Assembly (NCBI GenBank): GCA_013239625.1
Contig: MU053561.1
Coordinates: forward strand, 4,881,214-4,945,213
Source of the DNA: Lama guanicoe
Taxonomy: Eukaryota
Direction: 5' to 3'
Length of the DNA: 64,000 nucleotides
Numbering within the stretch: position 1 is the first letter of the stretch; each line of letters opens with the position of its first letter. The notes beneath the pieces are model-generated. The model did not search any database and was not told where the DNA came from. It saw only the letters and a list, made by a program, of their open reading frames with translations. Below, in pieces: positions 23,451 to 35,923 of this stretch. A program made the translations under genes and the position numbers.

Positions 23451-24879
23451 TCCTCCTTGCCGAAGCGTTGCGGGGCTGCAGCCTCTGGTCACAGCTCAGC
23501 TCAGGACAAGCACTTCCCATGACCCTGCTGAGATGCTCTGGAAGAGGAGGGCGAGGGAACAGCGCTGGAAGACAGCGTATGTAGCGTCTGCGGTCTGGGC
23601 AGAGCAGTGTGTAGACCAGGAAGTGGGGCTGGACAAGTGATGGTGAAAGCTGTTGCACCTGGTTGAGACTTTGGCCGGATGTGTGGTGAGAGGACACGGG
23701 ATCCCCGCCTTTCCTTTCAGCAGTCCATTAGCCCTTCTGCCCAGCGTGTTCCCAATGCCAGCATTCCTTAGCTCTTGGTGCTTCAAACGCGGGGGTTTTA
23801 ATGCTTTGGATGAACATAGGAAACAAATTTGTGTTCAGAGCCAGAGGAGAGCTCTTGTTAACCAGTAAGTCCCATAAAATGCGATCCATCCATCGGATCC
23901 TAAATCCAATTTAAAGTGATTTTAATAGAATTGAGGGTGTGTTTGATTGCTGCATCTGACTTTGAAAGAGGGGGAAAATGTGGTTACCAAGGGAAAGGGA
24001 AAAAGGTTTGTACTCAAATATGGAGAAGCCCCTCGCAGGCCTCCCGAGCCACGCTATGGGCAAGGTCTGCTCCGTGCGCTCCAAAGCCAATGGACTGCGC
24101 GTCAGTAAGACACCATAGTGTGGCTCCCTGTCGCTGCGCTAGGGCCCTGGTGGAACGGCCAACCAATGAGAGCATACACGTCCCTTCAGGGTTGTCAGAA
24201 GCTCTAGTGGACAAAAGGAGCCTTACAGAGGTCCCAAGGCCTTTAGAGTTGCAAGGAGCTGAGCGCTGGCACACTAGAAGGTGCTGTAGGTGGGGTGGGA
24301 GGGGTGACCCTGGGCATGACGTGGGCCAACTCAGGGGTGTTCGAGCACAGAAAGGAAGTAGTCAGAACTCATAGGGATCGCAAGGTCAGGACTCGAGGCC
24401 CCTTCTCTGCCTCCCAATGGCCACTTCTTTCTGTTTGCACGCTCTCTCTTTTCCCACTCATCTCCAGTTTCCTCTGTTTAGTCATCTTCCATTTGGCTCC
24501 AAAATAGCCACCCCAACCCCCAAGTCAGCCTGAGCTTTCAGTTCCAGTATTCTCCATCCAACTGACAACACTCCCTGTGTCTCTCAAATCTGATTCCTGA
24601 AGGAGAGAAGCCCACTGGCCTGGAACATCTATGGATGGTCTCTGCCTCCAGGTCTAGTGACCACCCCGGTCCCCCAGTCACAGATAGTCATTATTGGGAA
24701 CAGATGGGTCACGTGGCATATAGAGCTGCACGCTGTAGGCAGAGCTGCCATTGGCAGTTACAGAACGTTTGAGGTGGAGAAAGAATTTCAGTTTCTCTTT
24801 TAAGACACTCTCACATTGCTCAAGAGACCAAGTCAGAGGAAAGATCAGACCGGGGCCAAGGCTCATCTGGGCACAGAGC

Positions 24880-25080
24880 TAAGGTGCACAGGAACAGAAA
24901 GAACTTTGAGCTTGGAGGCAGAGGACCTGGGTTCATACCCTGACTGGTCTGTCTGGGAGCTGGTCTGCTACCAGGTATTACACCTCTCACAATCTTAGTT
25001 CCTCATCTGGGAAAGGCAGACCTGAGAGAGGCTGAGAATAAAATGATACTGTATACATGAAAGTGAATTTTAAATTGCAA
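24880..25080 (+). mobile_element. MIR SINE
   Basis: ttggaggcagaggacctgggttc...cttagttcctcatctgggaaa. Confidence 0.65.
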
Positions 25081-25192
25081 ATCATAACCTCTGCTGTAGC
25101 CCCCTTACAAGAGACTTAGTGGCTCTTAATGGCTGTGATCTTTCCGGGCTCTCAGAGAATCCGAGTAAGACAGGTATGACTTGCTCTGGATT

Positions 25193-26602
25193 AAGCAGTT
25201 TTCAAAATTCACTGTCATGTGACCCTTTTACACTCTGAAAAATTACTGAGGACCCCAAAGAGTTATTTATGTGGCTAATAGTTATTTATTAGGCTCAAAG
25301 TTAAAACTAAGGATTAAAAAAATGTACTTAGTAATTCATTGTAAGAAAATAACCCATTAAATGTTAATATAAATTCATATTTTTATTTTAAAATGGCGAT
25401 ACTATCCAAACCAAAAAGAAATCAAAAAGAGTGGCACTGATTAACATTTTTGCAACTGTCTTTAATGTCTGACTCATTACATTCAATCTGTTGGGATATG
25501 TTGTTTTGGTTGAAATAAATGAAGAAAATCTGGTCTTCATGTATATATAGTTGGAAAAGAGAGGAGTATTTTAATAGCTGTTTCAGATTATTATGGATGT
25601 TCTTCGATGCCACACCCACTCAAGAAGCAGTGGCTATTTAAAGATAAGTTGCAGTGTGGAACCTGAAATCATACCAATGAATTTTTCATTCTTTGTTACA
25701 TTAAAATCCATTGGTCTGTCTTGCACTGTGAATGGATCTTTTACCAAAGCATGATTTTGCAACACCGTGAATCAATCATTTGCAAAAGACTGGTTCAATG
25801 AGTTATGCAGATCTTTTAAATGTCTTCTAAATGACACATTTCCTTAGATGATAAAAAAAAAATTCTGTTCATTAATTTTGCAGCCAGTCTCATCAGAAAA
25901 GTCTTAGAATATTGGGAAGCTGTCAAGCTTACAGCAGTGGATGCAAAGTTTTCCAAAAATTTAAAATTTTTGTTTAAAAGCTCAAATCCTATCATTGGCA
26001 ACAAATACTGTCAGTTCATTTTCTTTGACGTGACAGGCTCACTTTGTTCATTTTAGAAAGTTTCTGCCAAACACCCAATTCTGAATAACCACATTTTGTC
26101 TATCAGTGCTTCTTTTAAGTAAAAATGAGGTTCCACTTTTTTAAAAAAGGCTTGTTCAGCCCACAACTCTAACCCATTACAGTTCTTTTCTTCAACTACT
26201 TTTCTTCAACCATTATTCTTTGGCAAACAGCAGAATTACTTCATGCATATTCCCAGGCTGTCACACAAAATATTAAAATACATGAACTCAGGGTCAGGAT
26301 TAATAAAATTAATAATTTTTACTGCCTCATCAAGAACGTTCTTCAGTGAGATTGGCCATAGTTTCCCTGCGAGTGTGTGATGGTGCGGACCACAATGACT
26401 GCTAGGACATCGCGGTCCCTTGAATCGCAGTGATGGGCCTGCAGTCTCACTCCCCACCCCTTTTCACCCTCAGTGCAACCGTCACAGTGACACAGGTAAA
26501 TGACATCTCAGTATGATCACAAAAATGGTTTTGACCCCAAGGGCCTCCTGAAAGGGTTTCAGAAACCCTCAGGGGTCCATACCGTACAACTTAAGAACAC
26601 AG
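25193..26602 (-). mobile_element. Charlie1a-like hAT transposon with decayed transposase
   Basis: Termini gcagttttcaaa...ctttacactctgaaaaattactgaggaccccaaagag and ...cttaagaacacag; minus-strand remnants HCGPHHHTLAGKLWPISLKNVLDEAVKIINFI and DIKDSCKNVNQCHS. Confidence 0.85.
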
Positions 26603-27612
26603 TTCAGGGCTTTTGGATGGAAAGAAATGACACTTTTCTTTATTTTCTTTGTAAAATTAACTCTGGCTCAAGGAGGTCCATGGCTCCTAGTTTTCTGGAA
26701 TTCTTTCCTCCTCTCTTGGGTCGGGCATCAACCCCCCCCCCCCGAAAATAGGTGAGGGCCCTAGTCTGTCCTGGCTGATGCTGACACTGCCCTGGCCCAG
26801 GCCCTCCAGGTCTGTGCAGAGGTGGGTGGTTCCCCTGGCAGCTCCTCCACACCAGAGCATCACTTGGCAGGGGGCTCATCCCCAGACCCTCCCGGTCCCC
26901 ACCAACCCTTGCCTGGAGATCCTGCCTCCTCAAGATGCATGCTTTGCACTGGCTCAAGTCCTTATCACTTGAACCTGAAATTCTCCCTCTTCTTGGTTCC
27001 TCTCTCTCCACTCCCAACCCCCATCAGCCTTTCCCTTTTCAATCCCTGAATTCTGAAGCCTTCGAAATCTTTCTCTTTTCCAATATTCGGGTTTAATTCA
27101 CTCAGTGAACCAAAGCCAGAAGTCCTTGGCCCTAGATTAGGCATGAGTTTGACTATAAATGTTTCTATTTTTTGAAAAAATTTGAATGCACTGCCAATAT
27201 TTAAAATTCAGGATATTCACAGACAAGTGTGATACCTGTCTTTTCCTGAAGCATTACATGGTTTGGCAACTTTAGGTCTACCTTTCCATATGGCGACTGT
27301 TGGCCGAAGGTGAGAACAATGCATACTCCACTTTGGCAAAGACCCTCCCACTCCCTATTGCCTGACAGCAGCCTTCTTTGCTCATTCATTTACCTGCCTG
27401 CCTGACTTCATCAGCATTTGAGTTTATCATCTCTGTCCAGCCCTTGGAAAAGCAAAGGCTTTTTAAGCTTTATCTTTTCCTATCTGGCAAACCACATGCA
27501 AATTTGTTTTTCAGTCACCCTACTGTGGCCAATAAGACAGAGATAAGTCTGTCTGACAAAATTTTATGAAAGGATGTTGTCTTAAGCCTAGTTTAAAAGT
27601 GGAGTTTCTTTA

Positions 27613-27776
27613 AAGCTGCGGTATATTTATACGATGGGCTACTACTCAGCCATAAAAAAGAATAAAATAATGCCATTTGCAGCAACACGGATGGACCTGG
27701 TGATCGTCATTCTAAGTGAAGTAAGCCAGAAAGAGAAAGAAAAATACCATATGATATCACTCATATGTGGAATCTT

Positions 27777-27812
<36 letters not shown>

Positions 27813-28164
27813 AAAAAGAAAGAAAGAAAGAAAGAAAGAAAGACACTAATGAGCTTATCTACAAAACAGAAACAGACTCACAGACATAGTAAACAAACTT
27901 ATGGTTACCGGGGGAGAGAGGGTGGGAAGGGATCAATTGGGAGTTTGAGATTTGCAAACACTAACTACTATACATAAAATAGATAAAAAATTTCTTCTGT
28001 ATAGCACAGGGAACTATATTTAATATCTTGAAGTAACCTATAATGAAAAAATATGAAAATGAATATATGTATGTATATGTATGACTGAAACATTATACTA
28101 TATACCAGAAACTGACACATTGTAAACTGATCATACTTCAATTGAAAATTTTTTAAAATAAATT
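27613..28164 (+). mobile_element. Young 5'-truncated L1 with TSD
   Basis: YYSAIKKNKIMPFAATRMDLVIVILSEVSQKEKEKYHMISLICG; TSD aaaagtggag(tt/gc)tcttta at 27595-27612 and 28165-28182. Confidence 0.92.
27778..27842 (+). repeat. (GAAA)n microsatellite inside L1
   Basis: About 16 GAAA units with one interruption. Confidence 0.95.
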
Positions 28165-29367
28165 AAAAGTGGAGGCTCTTTAGTTGAAGTTTGTAGCAGG
28201 CTCAGCATATTGTCTGCTCAGGGGCTTCTGAGCACACAACCCACGGGGTTCCACAGAGAACCTGAATAACCACAGATCGCACTCACGCAGAGCTCATACG
28301 AGGAAGCCCAGGAAGGCCCCGACTGAGCCCAGCCGAAGAAAGGGTGTTCGGTGGCTGACACTGCACTGCTGAGGAAGACCCTGGCGTAGTGAACATAGAA
28401 CAAGGGGTGGAAATAGTCATCGACTTCAGGGCTCTGGCTTACCGACTGGGTGCCCAGGTGGATTACCCCAGTCCTGCCTGAGCAGGTTGCATTTGAAGCC
28501 TCCTCAACACCAACTGTCACGCACAGCATGAGTCATTGTTCTTATTCAGATGGGGCTGGGGGAACCATTCTGGCCAGCTCCTCCCTGGATAAAAGCAGCC
28601 CCTGGCTGGGTGGTTGTGTACTATGTTCACTGTCTTGCTGAAATCACGGGTGTTTCTGGCCACCAGCCCCTGCCATGGTCTGTGCCTGGGTCCAGGCCAG
28701 AGCTCAGGCCTGACTCAAGCCATGAGAGGAGGCAGCTCAGGGAAATTAGGCGCGGGCAGGGGTGGGGTGGGGAACCAGTTCAAACTCAGCATCTCTGTTG
28801 CTTTTCTCTCTTCTTTTGTATAAAAAGATCAATCTCATGTCTAATTCATTTGAAAATCCTCCACTTCTCTGTTTGTGTTTTTGGTAAAAATAGACGTCTC
28901 CGAGGATTGCAGGCTCCTGCTGAATTTTATGAGCAACTTTTCAAAGCTTGGTAACCAGGAGCTTCTAATCTTCCCTTGAGTGAATTAAGCACCAGTGGGA
29001 GGCTAGCTTCCCGGGTGACTGGTTTCAGTAAAAGACTTCCAGGGTTGGGGATAGAAAGCTTTTAAGGTCATTTAATCAATTTGCACACCATAGAAAACAC
29101 AACAGAGTGGACAAGTTGGCAGGAAGTTGGCCTCATAGCCTCCTGTTCCCATCCCTCTCACCTACCCTCCTTCCGTCCTTCCCTCCTCCCTCCCTTTCTT
29201 ACTGCCCCTTTTCTGGCCCCAGCCATCACCACCTCCACCACAGACTCCCAACTCCCCTCCCTGCCTGCAGACTTGCCCCTTCCAAGCCAGGGCTTGACCG
29301 GGGACAAGTAGGAATGCATTTCCTCCCTGTTTAAACCTTTATTGCTTCGCTGGCTCAAAAACTTCAA

Positions 29368-29578
29368 TGGTGTTAGAAGTCAAGGACAGATGTTACCTTT
29401 GAGGAGGACAGTGGGATTGATAATAAAAGTGGGCATGAGGGAGGGGCTGGCAATGCTCTGTTTCTTCCCTGGGGTGCTGGTTACGTGGACAGTCACATTG
29501 TGATCATTCATAGAGCTATGCCATCCTGATGTGTGCACTTCTCTGTACACGTGTTACACGGTCTAAAAATTTAAAAAT
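29368..29578 (+). mobile_element. Old L1 (L1MC/ME) 3' UTR end
   Basis: gtgttagaagtcaaggacagatgttaccttt...gggtgctggttac...attcatagagct...tgtgcacttctctgta. Confidence 0.7.
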
Positions 29579-30302
29579 TGGTTCAGTGTTTAATATCACC
29601 CTCTTGTGCTTTCCAAGGTGGGGGTGAGGAATGGCTTTGAATGCTGGGGAAGGGGACTCTTGGGATTCCTTAAGAGGGTCACCGAATCTTGCGGCAGCTT
29701 TGAAGCTGGAGTATCAGAATAATGAGCTAATTTCAATGACTGTTGGTGTGACAAACGTGGAGACTGTCTGATGAATGGTGCCATGTAACTGCAGAGTTCT
29801 GGGATGGCGATGATTCAGAGAAGCCTCTAGAATCCTTTACAAAAGGTTTGGGGCTGAACAGGGAGAATTAATCCTGGCCCGATTCCTATCCAAGAAAGGA
29901 TTTGTTTCGGATGAAGTTCGATTAGGCATGGTCTTGGAGTCCCTTCTAGCAGGAGTGTGCGGGTGTGCCACGGAAATGCTTTCCTGAAGTTGTGATCACA
30001 GCTCCAAGGGGACAGGAGGATGCCAGGTCTTCCTCACAAGTAGGCTGCAAAACTGTCCCTGAGAAGTGACCCAAACAGTGGATAAAAGGGCCCCAGAGGA
30101 AGCCTGGGGGTGCTGGGTCCCCCATCCCTGCTGGTCCCTTGGCAGAGCTGAGGACTGTGGCAACTGTGGATCTCAGGGTAAAGAAAGAATTGGTGTGTGG
30201 TGAGTGGTGGGGGACAGACAGAGGGGCGTGGCTCCCTGCCCCTCAACTGAGTCACTGACTTGCTGAGCTTTTACAATCATTGGACTTTTTGTTCATTGCA
30301 TT

Positions 30303-30426
30303 TGGGGGGGTGTAATTCGGTATTTATTTATTTATTTACATATTTATTTATTTAGAGGTACTGGGGATTGAAACCAGAACCTTGTGCATGCTGAGCATGC
30401 GCTCTACCACTGAGCTATATCCTCTC
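30303..30426 (-). mobile_element. tRNA-Ala-derived SINE (Vic-1 type)
   Basis: gaggtactggggattgaa...gcatgcgctctaccactgagctat; TSD ttcattgcatt at 30292-30302 and 30427-30437. Confidence 0.9.
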
Positions 30427-31149
30427 TTCATTGCATTAAAAAAAAAAAAAAACCTCTTTGCAGGCCTGGTCTGCCTCCACTTAGCACTGTGCACATTATA
30501 AGGATATTTACCTTCTCATGCTTTGGCCTCTTTGCTGGCCACAATGGCAAAAGTGGCCTTTTATATGTTGTACCCACCCCCAGCACAGCATCTGGCACCT
30601 TGCAGGTGCCCAGTGAGCATCCGTGGAACAATCAGAGGTGTGCAGGTCATCAGAGAGAGAGCTCACCTATACTCTACCACCTCCCTGAGAAGCTTGACTT
30701 ACCATCTCTTGGAAGACTGAGGCTCAGAGAAGTTTGTTCAAAGTACATCACTCATAAGTGGTAAAACTGTGATCCTAACCTTGGCCTGTCTGTCACCAAA
30801 GCCCTTGCCCTGAATCTCTGGGCAGTGCTGACTCCCATCTACACTAGCCTACTTACTCCCTTTCCAGTAATTCTACGGCTTGCTGACTTTTTTTCAGGGT
30901 AACTTAACCCTCTCATCAAATTCATCCCAAATATCCCAAAGGTCAGGTTCCCCAGCAACAGTGTACAAGTCCCCTTGAGACCTGGCCCTTGCCTACACTC
31001 CTGGACCCATCTCTAGCCACATGGTACTTCACACACTTATACTGAAACACCCCTAGTTGCTTGCAAATATCATGCTTCCTTGATGGGTTCCTCTTTCTAG
31101 AATAATACTTTCCCATCTTCATTGGGCTGGGAAATTATAAATAGATACA

Positions 31150-31620
31150 GACAGATGCTATGATGCCCTTGACTGCTGGCAGCAGAAAACCTACCCAAAA
31201 GGGTGTAAGCAACAGAGGGATTTATCGTCTCACATCATAAGAAATCCTGGGGGAGGGGAGACTGCTAGTGCAGAGCATCCAGCTTCCAGCTCCTCTTTTC
31301 TGTCTGCTCTGCTCTGCCCCTCTCTGCGTTGGCTGAATCCTCAGGCTGGTGGCAAGATGGCTGTGGTGGTTCCACATCTCACCTCCAGACACATCAATGT
31401 CATGCACAAGAATAAGAAGGACTATTTGTTCCTGAGTCTGCCTCCCTGCCCCCAGGACATCACCGGCATGGTTCACTTCCAGGCCAGTTCACAGACCCAC
31501 TCTAAACCAAGCGGAATGGTCATATAGATGAGTTTATGAATAACTCTTCAGGGTACCATCCCCGGGGGCTGGGAACTGGGTTGTGTAAGGTACTTTAAAG
31601 AGTGGGACTCTGTCTGCAAG
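31150..31620 (-). mobile_element. MLT1 (MaLR) LTR
   Basis: gcagcagaaaacctacccaaaagggtgtaagcaacagagggatttat...tcctcaggctggtggcaagatggctg. Confidence 0.6.
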
Positions 31621-31667
31621 GAAGGTCTTAGAATTGGAGTGGATCTTAAAAGGTATCCATTCCTTCC

Positions 31668-31800
31668 TTTTTTTTTTTAAATTAATTTTTGGGGGGGAAT
31701 TAGGTTTATTTATTTATTTTACTGGAGGTACTGGGAATTGAATCCAGGATCTTGTGCATGCTAAGCATGCGCTCCACCACCAAGCTATACTCTGCCCCCT
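31668..31800 (-). mobile_element. tRNA-Ala-derived SINE (Vic-1 type)
   Basis: aattaggtttatttattta...tggaggtactgggaattgaatccagg...gctaagcatgcgctccaccac; TSD core ggtatcca at 31652 and 31801. Confidence 0.88.
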
Positions 31801-33709
31801 GGTATCCAGCCCTTCTAAGGAAGGTTCCTCTAGCCAGCATTTTAGCCTCCTCCCAACTCCGATTCTCACTTCACCAGCCCTTTTCCCCACTGCCAACATT
31901 CTCAGCCTCACCCTGCGCCCGTCTGAATGGTGGCCCTCTCTGTCTGCCTCTCTGCCTCTCTGGCTCTCCCAGCTGCAGCTGCTTGCTGTCCTTCCCACGT
32001 GCCTCTTTAACTCGCTTGCCCTGGTTTGTTGCCCATCCAGAAAGATGTGTTTCCTTCTGGCCAGTCCATGTGCATCTTGTCTGGGAGGCACTCCTGGATT
32101 AACCTCACCCACCTGTGCCACACCCTGCCTTCTGCAACCCTCTAGCTCCTGGGGATTCTGTCCCTGTGATTTACCTGCTGTTGCTTTGTTTGCAAACTTA
32201 CCAAGTTCCCAGATCACTTCTCATGCATTTCACAGACATGTTTTTCTCCCACACAAGAGTGTTTGTTCCTTGACAAGAGTGATGTCTTCTAATACTTTGG
32301 CAATTCCAGGAACAGAGAGCTCCCACCACCCCCGCCATCTCTGCAGCCACCCTGGGATGGTAGGCAGCCAATCAATGCTAATTAACTAATTAGGCAGGGT
32401 GTCCACAGCCTGGCCTCTTGCCTGTACCCTTGCCCCTCTGCAGAGATGGAAGCTGCCTCTAGAAAGGCACAGTTTTAGCATCTAGGGCCAGAAAATCCTA
32501 GGAACAATGCCTCTTTGGTATTATGTCCCTAGAAACAATGGAAGCTCTATGGTGAACAAACCACCTGTCACACCACTAGGATACAGTTGAAGGAAACTGG
32601 AAAACCTAGAGAACCTACTCTGTGACATTTCTTCTGCACCTCTCTGGAAGGTTCCACGTACCCTGTACAAGTAAGCTCAAATAGCACCTGTGGAGAAGCA
32701 TCACCTGAATCCCCCAGAGAACGCCCCTTTGCCCCCTTCTCTCCTGTCCTTACACTGAGTGCAAACTCCCTGCATGGCCCAGGAGCGGTACAAGAGAGTT
32801 CACTATTCACCTGCCTATCTCTCTACTGCACATGAGCTATTTAAGGCCAGGAACGAAATTTTTCTTGATTTTGGGGTCCTCTGAGGACAAATTCATGCCT
32901 GTCTGGTAATAATAAGTAAATCCCTGTTAATGAAAACTAACTTAACTGTTGCTTGGGTCAGCAGAAAGCAAGATTCTAAAAAAGTGAACACACAAAAATA
33001 AATAAATAAATAAATAAAATAAAAAAGTGAACACAGAACTTAATACAATGACTCTCAAATATGTATTTCCTTCATCATAGCTCACGGAGAGGGAAAGAAT
33101 GAGAAAAATGGAAAGAGAGAGAACAGGGTGTTGATAGGGCCATCTCCTTCTTAAGAACAAGAATTATTTTATATCCCATGGCTCAGTCCAGGGCCTGGAA
33201 TATAGGAAGTAATCCACGAATATTTGTTGAATAGATGAGTGGGAGGTGGGCCAGGGTGTGCGCTGGGGTTGGACCCTGGGCACTGACTGGGGTAGGGCAG
33301 GAGGAACCTGGAGTCTGGGGTGGGACAGGGAAGCCCTCATGAGGGAATAGTTAACTTGCCTATTTGGCTCAGGGCCACAGATCAGTGGCTGATCAACCAG
33401 CTCCTTTCTCTCCCCAACCTCCCCTCACCTCCAGCTCTTGACTCCTGCCTCCAGCAGCTACATGGTCCTATTTAAGGCTCTGAACTGAAGCCTCAGGTCA
33501 AGGGCATGAGACCAGACGTGTCCCTCATTTGTGTCAGGCCCCCTGGCAAAGGATAAGTTGAGGCCTGAGGGCCATATGTCTGTGTGTTTTAAAGCTATAA
33601 ATCAATAAATAAACTGTTCAAGAAAATATATTCCAATCTCCTACTTTGATAAATATATCTTCAAAACAACAAAATAAAAAAACACATATGTAAAGCTACA
33701 GCTTTCATA

Positions 33710-35030
33710 CTGGATAACAGCATGTAAATCAATGAAGTTAGAACACTCCCTCATACCATACACAAAAATAAACTCAAAATGGCTTAAAGTCTTAAATATA
33801 AGACAGGAACATGATAAACCTCCTAGAAGAAAACATAGGCAAAACATTCTCTGACACAAATCTTAGTAATGTTCTACCCAGGCAATAGAAATAAAAGCAA
33901 AAATTAACAAATGGGACCTAATTAAACTTACAAGCTTTTGCATAGCAAAGGAAACCATAAGCAAAACAAAACGACAACCTACAGAATGGGAGAAAATATT
34001 TGCAAAAGATGAAACTGACATGGGCTTAATTTCCAGAATATATAAACAGCTCATACAACTTAACAACAACAACAAAAAAAATCCAAAAATGGGCAGAAGT
34101 CCTAAACAAGCAATTCTCCAGTGAAGACATACAAATGGCCAATAGGCACATGAAAAAATGCTCAATGTTGCTAATTATCAGAGAAATGCAAATCAAAACT
34201 GCAATGAGGTATCACCTCACACCAGTCAGAATGGCCATCTTTAAAAAGTCCACAAACAATAAATGCTGGAGAGAGTGTGGAGAAAAGGGAACCCTCCTAC
34301 ACTGTAGGTGGGAATGTAGTTTGGTGCAGCCACTATGGAAAACAGTATGGAGGTTCCTCAAAAAACTAAAAATCGACTTACCACGTGATCCAGCAACCCC
34401 ACTCCTGGGCATATATGGAGGGAACTCTGATTCAAAAAGATACATGCACCCCAATGTTCATACCAGCACTATATACAATAGCCAAGACTTGGAAGCAACC
34501 TAAATGTCCATTGACAGATGAATGGATAAAGAACTTGTGGTATATTTATACAACAGTCTATTACTCAAACATAAAAAGAATAAAATAATGCCATTTTCAG
34601 CAACATGGATGGCCCTAGAGATCGCCATTCTAAGTGAAGTAAGCCAGAAAGAGAAAGAAAAATACCACATGATATCATTTATATGTGGAATCTTCAAAAA
34701 AAAAAAAGACACTAATGAACTCATCTACAAAAGAGAAACAGACTCACAAACATAGTAAACATAGTTACCGGGGGAAAAGGGGTGGGAAGGGATAAATTTG
34801 AGAGTTTGAGATTTGCAAATGTTAGCCAATATATATAAAAATACATTTAAAAAATAAAACAAGTTTCTTCTGTATAGCACAGGGAACTACATTCCATATT
34901 TTGTACTAACCTTTAATGAAAAAGAATATGAAAACAAATATATGTATGTACATGCATGACTGGGACATTGTGCTGCACACCAGAAACTGATATATTGTAA
35001 CTGACAGTACTTCGATTAAAAAAAAAAAAG
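33710..35030 (+). mobile_element. Young 5'-truncated L1 (ORF2 C-terminus, 3' UTR, polyA) with TSD
   Basis: ORF 34135-34503 [47 protein letters not shown] (ORF2p CCHC region); TSD agctacagYtttcata at 33694-33709 and 35031-35046. Confidence 0.95.
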
Positions 35031-35481
35031 AGCTACAGTTTTCATATGACTGAAGTTTAGCCAAATGTCAAAAATGACTGATTTAAACTATTATTGAACA
35101 TGTCTTGGCCAGTGATAGTGGGGAGAGTAATAAAATAAAAGCACACACAGTTAAATTATTACATATTTATTCCATAAATTTTATTTTTCATGTTTTTGTT
35201 TCAGCAAAGTCACTAATTGTGTTGTTGTGGGAACAAGATATTCACGTTGTGTGTTCTATTGATGGTAATGATCTGGATTTTTTAAAAAAATATGGACATA
35301 TTCAACATGTTCAAAGTCTCAGCATGTGTCCATCATAAAGTATGCAGATCACACGACATGTAAATTATTTGAATATAAAAGTTTCTTACATGTTTTCAAA
35401 AATTCCTTTCATTATATTTTAATACATTAAGGGTAAAACACAGATTATTAATGAATGTAAAAAGTCAACCACAATTATTTA

Positions 35482-35606
35482 TTTATTTATGTATTTGGGG
35501 CTTGGGGGTGTAATTATGTTATTTATTTTAATGGAGGTACTGGGGATTGAACCCAGGACCTCGTGTATGCTAAGTGTGCACTCTACCACTGACCTATATC
35601 CTCCTC
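35482..35606 (-). mobile_element. tRNA-Ala-derived SINE (Vic-1 type)
   Basis: atggaggtactggggattgaacccaggacctcgtgtatgctaagtgtgcactctaccactga; TSD aattattta at 35473 and 35612. Confidence 0.9.
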
Positions 35607-35723
35607 TACAAAATTATTTAAATTAAGCTAAAAAAACTGACTCCTACAATTTAAATATGTAATAGCTGTGTGATTGCCACTGGAAAAAAAACAGTATCAC
35701 TTGTGACGAACGTTATGTCTAGA

Positions 35724-35923
35724 CCAGTGGCTCTCAACCAGGGGTGATTTTGCCCCCCAGGAGCATTTGGTAATGCCTGGAGACGTTTTTGGTTGACACA
35801 ACTTGCTACTGGAATCTAGTGGGTAGAGGCCAGGGACACCATTAAACACCCTGTATTGCATACAATGCAATAAAGAGTTAACCAGTCTAAGATGTCCGTA
35901 GTGCCCAGGTAGAGAAATTCCAG
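35724..35923. mobile_element. MER20 hAT-Charlie element
   Basis: cagtggctctcaaccaggggtgattttgccccccagg...ctagtgggtagaggccaggga...ggtagagaaattccag. Confidence 0.9.

Noticed and set aside
27765..27977. Lys/Arg/Glu-rich ORF
   Set aside because: Translation of the (GAAA)n microsatellite within an L1.
31754..32389. 211-aa ORF and its overlapping ORFs
   Set aside because: It starts inside a SINE and is Ser/Leu/Pro/Cys-biased from CT-rich DNA that is open in several frames.
34135..34755. Functional L1 ORF2
   Set aside because: 5'-truncated, lacks endonuclease and RT domains, and is frameshifted near 34420 and 34560.
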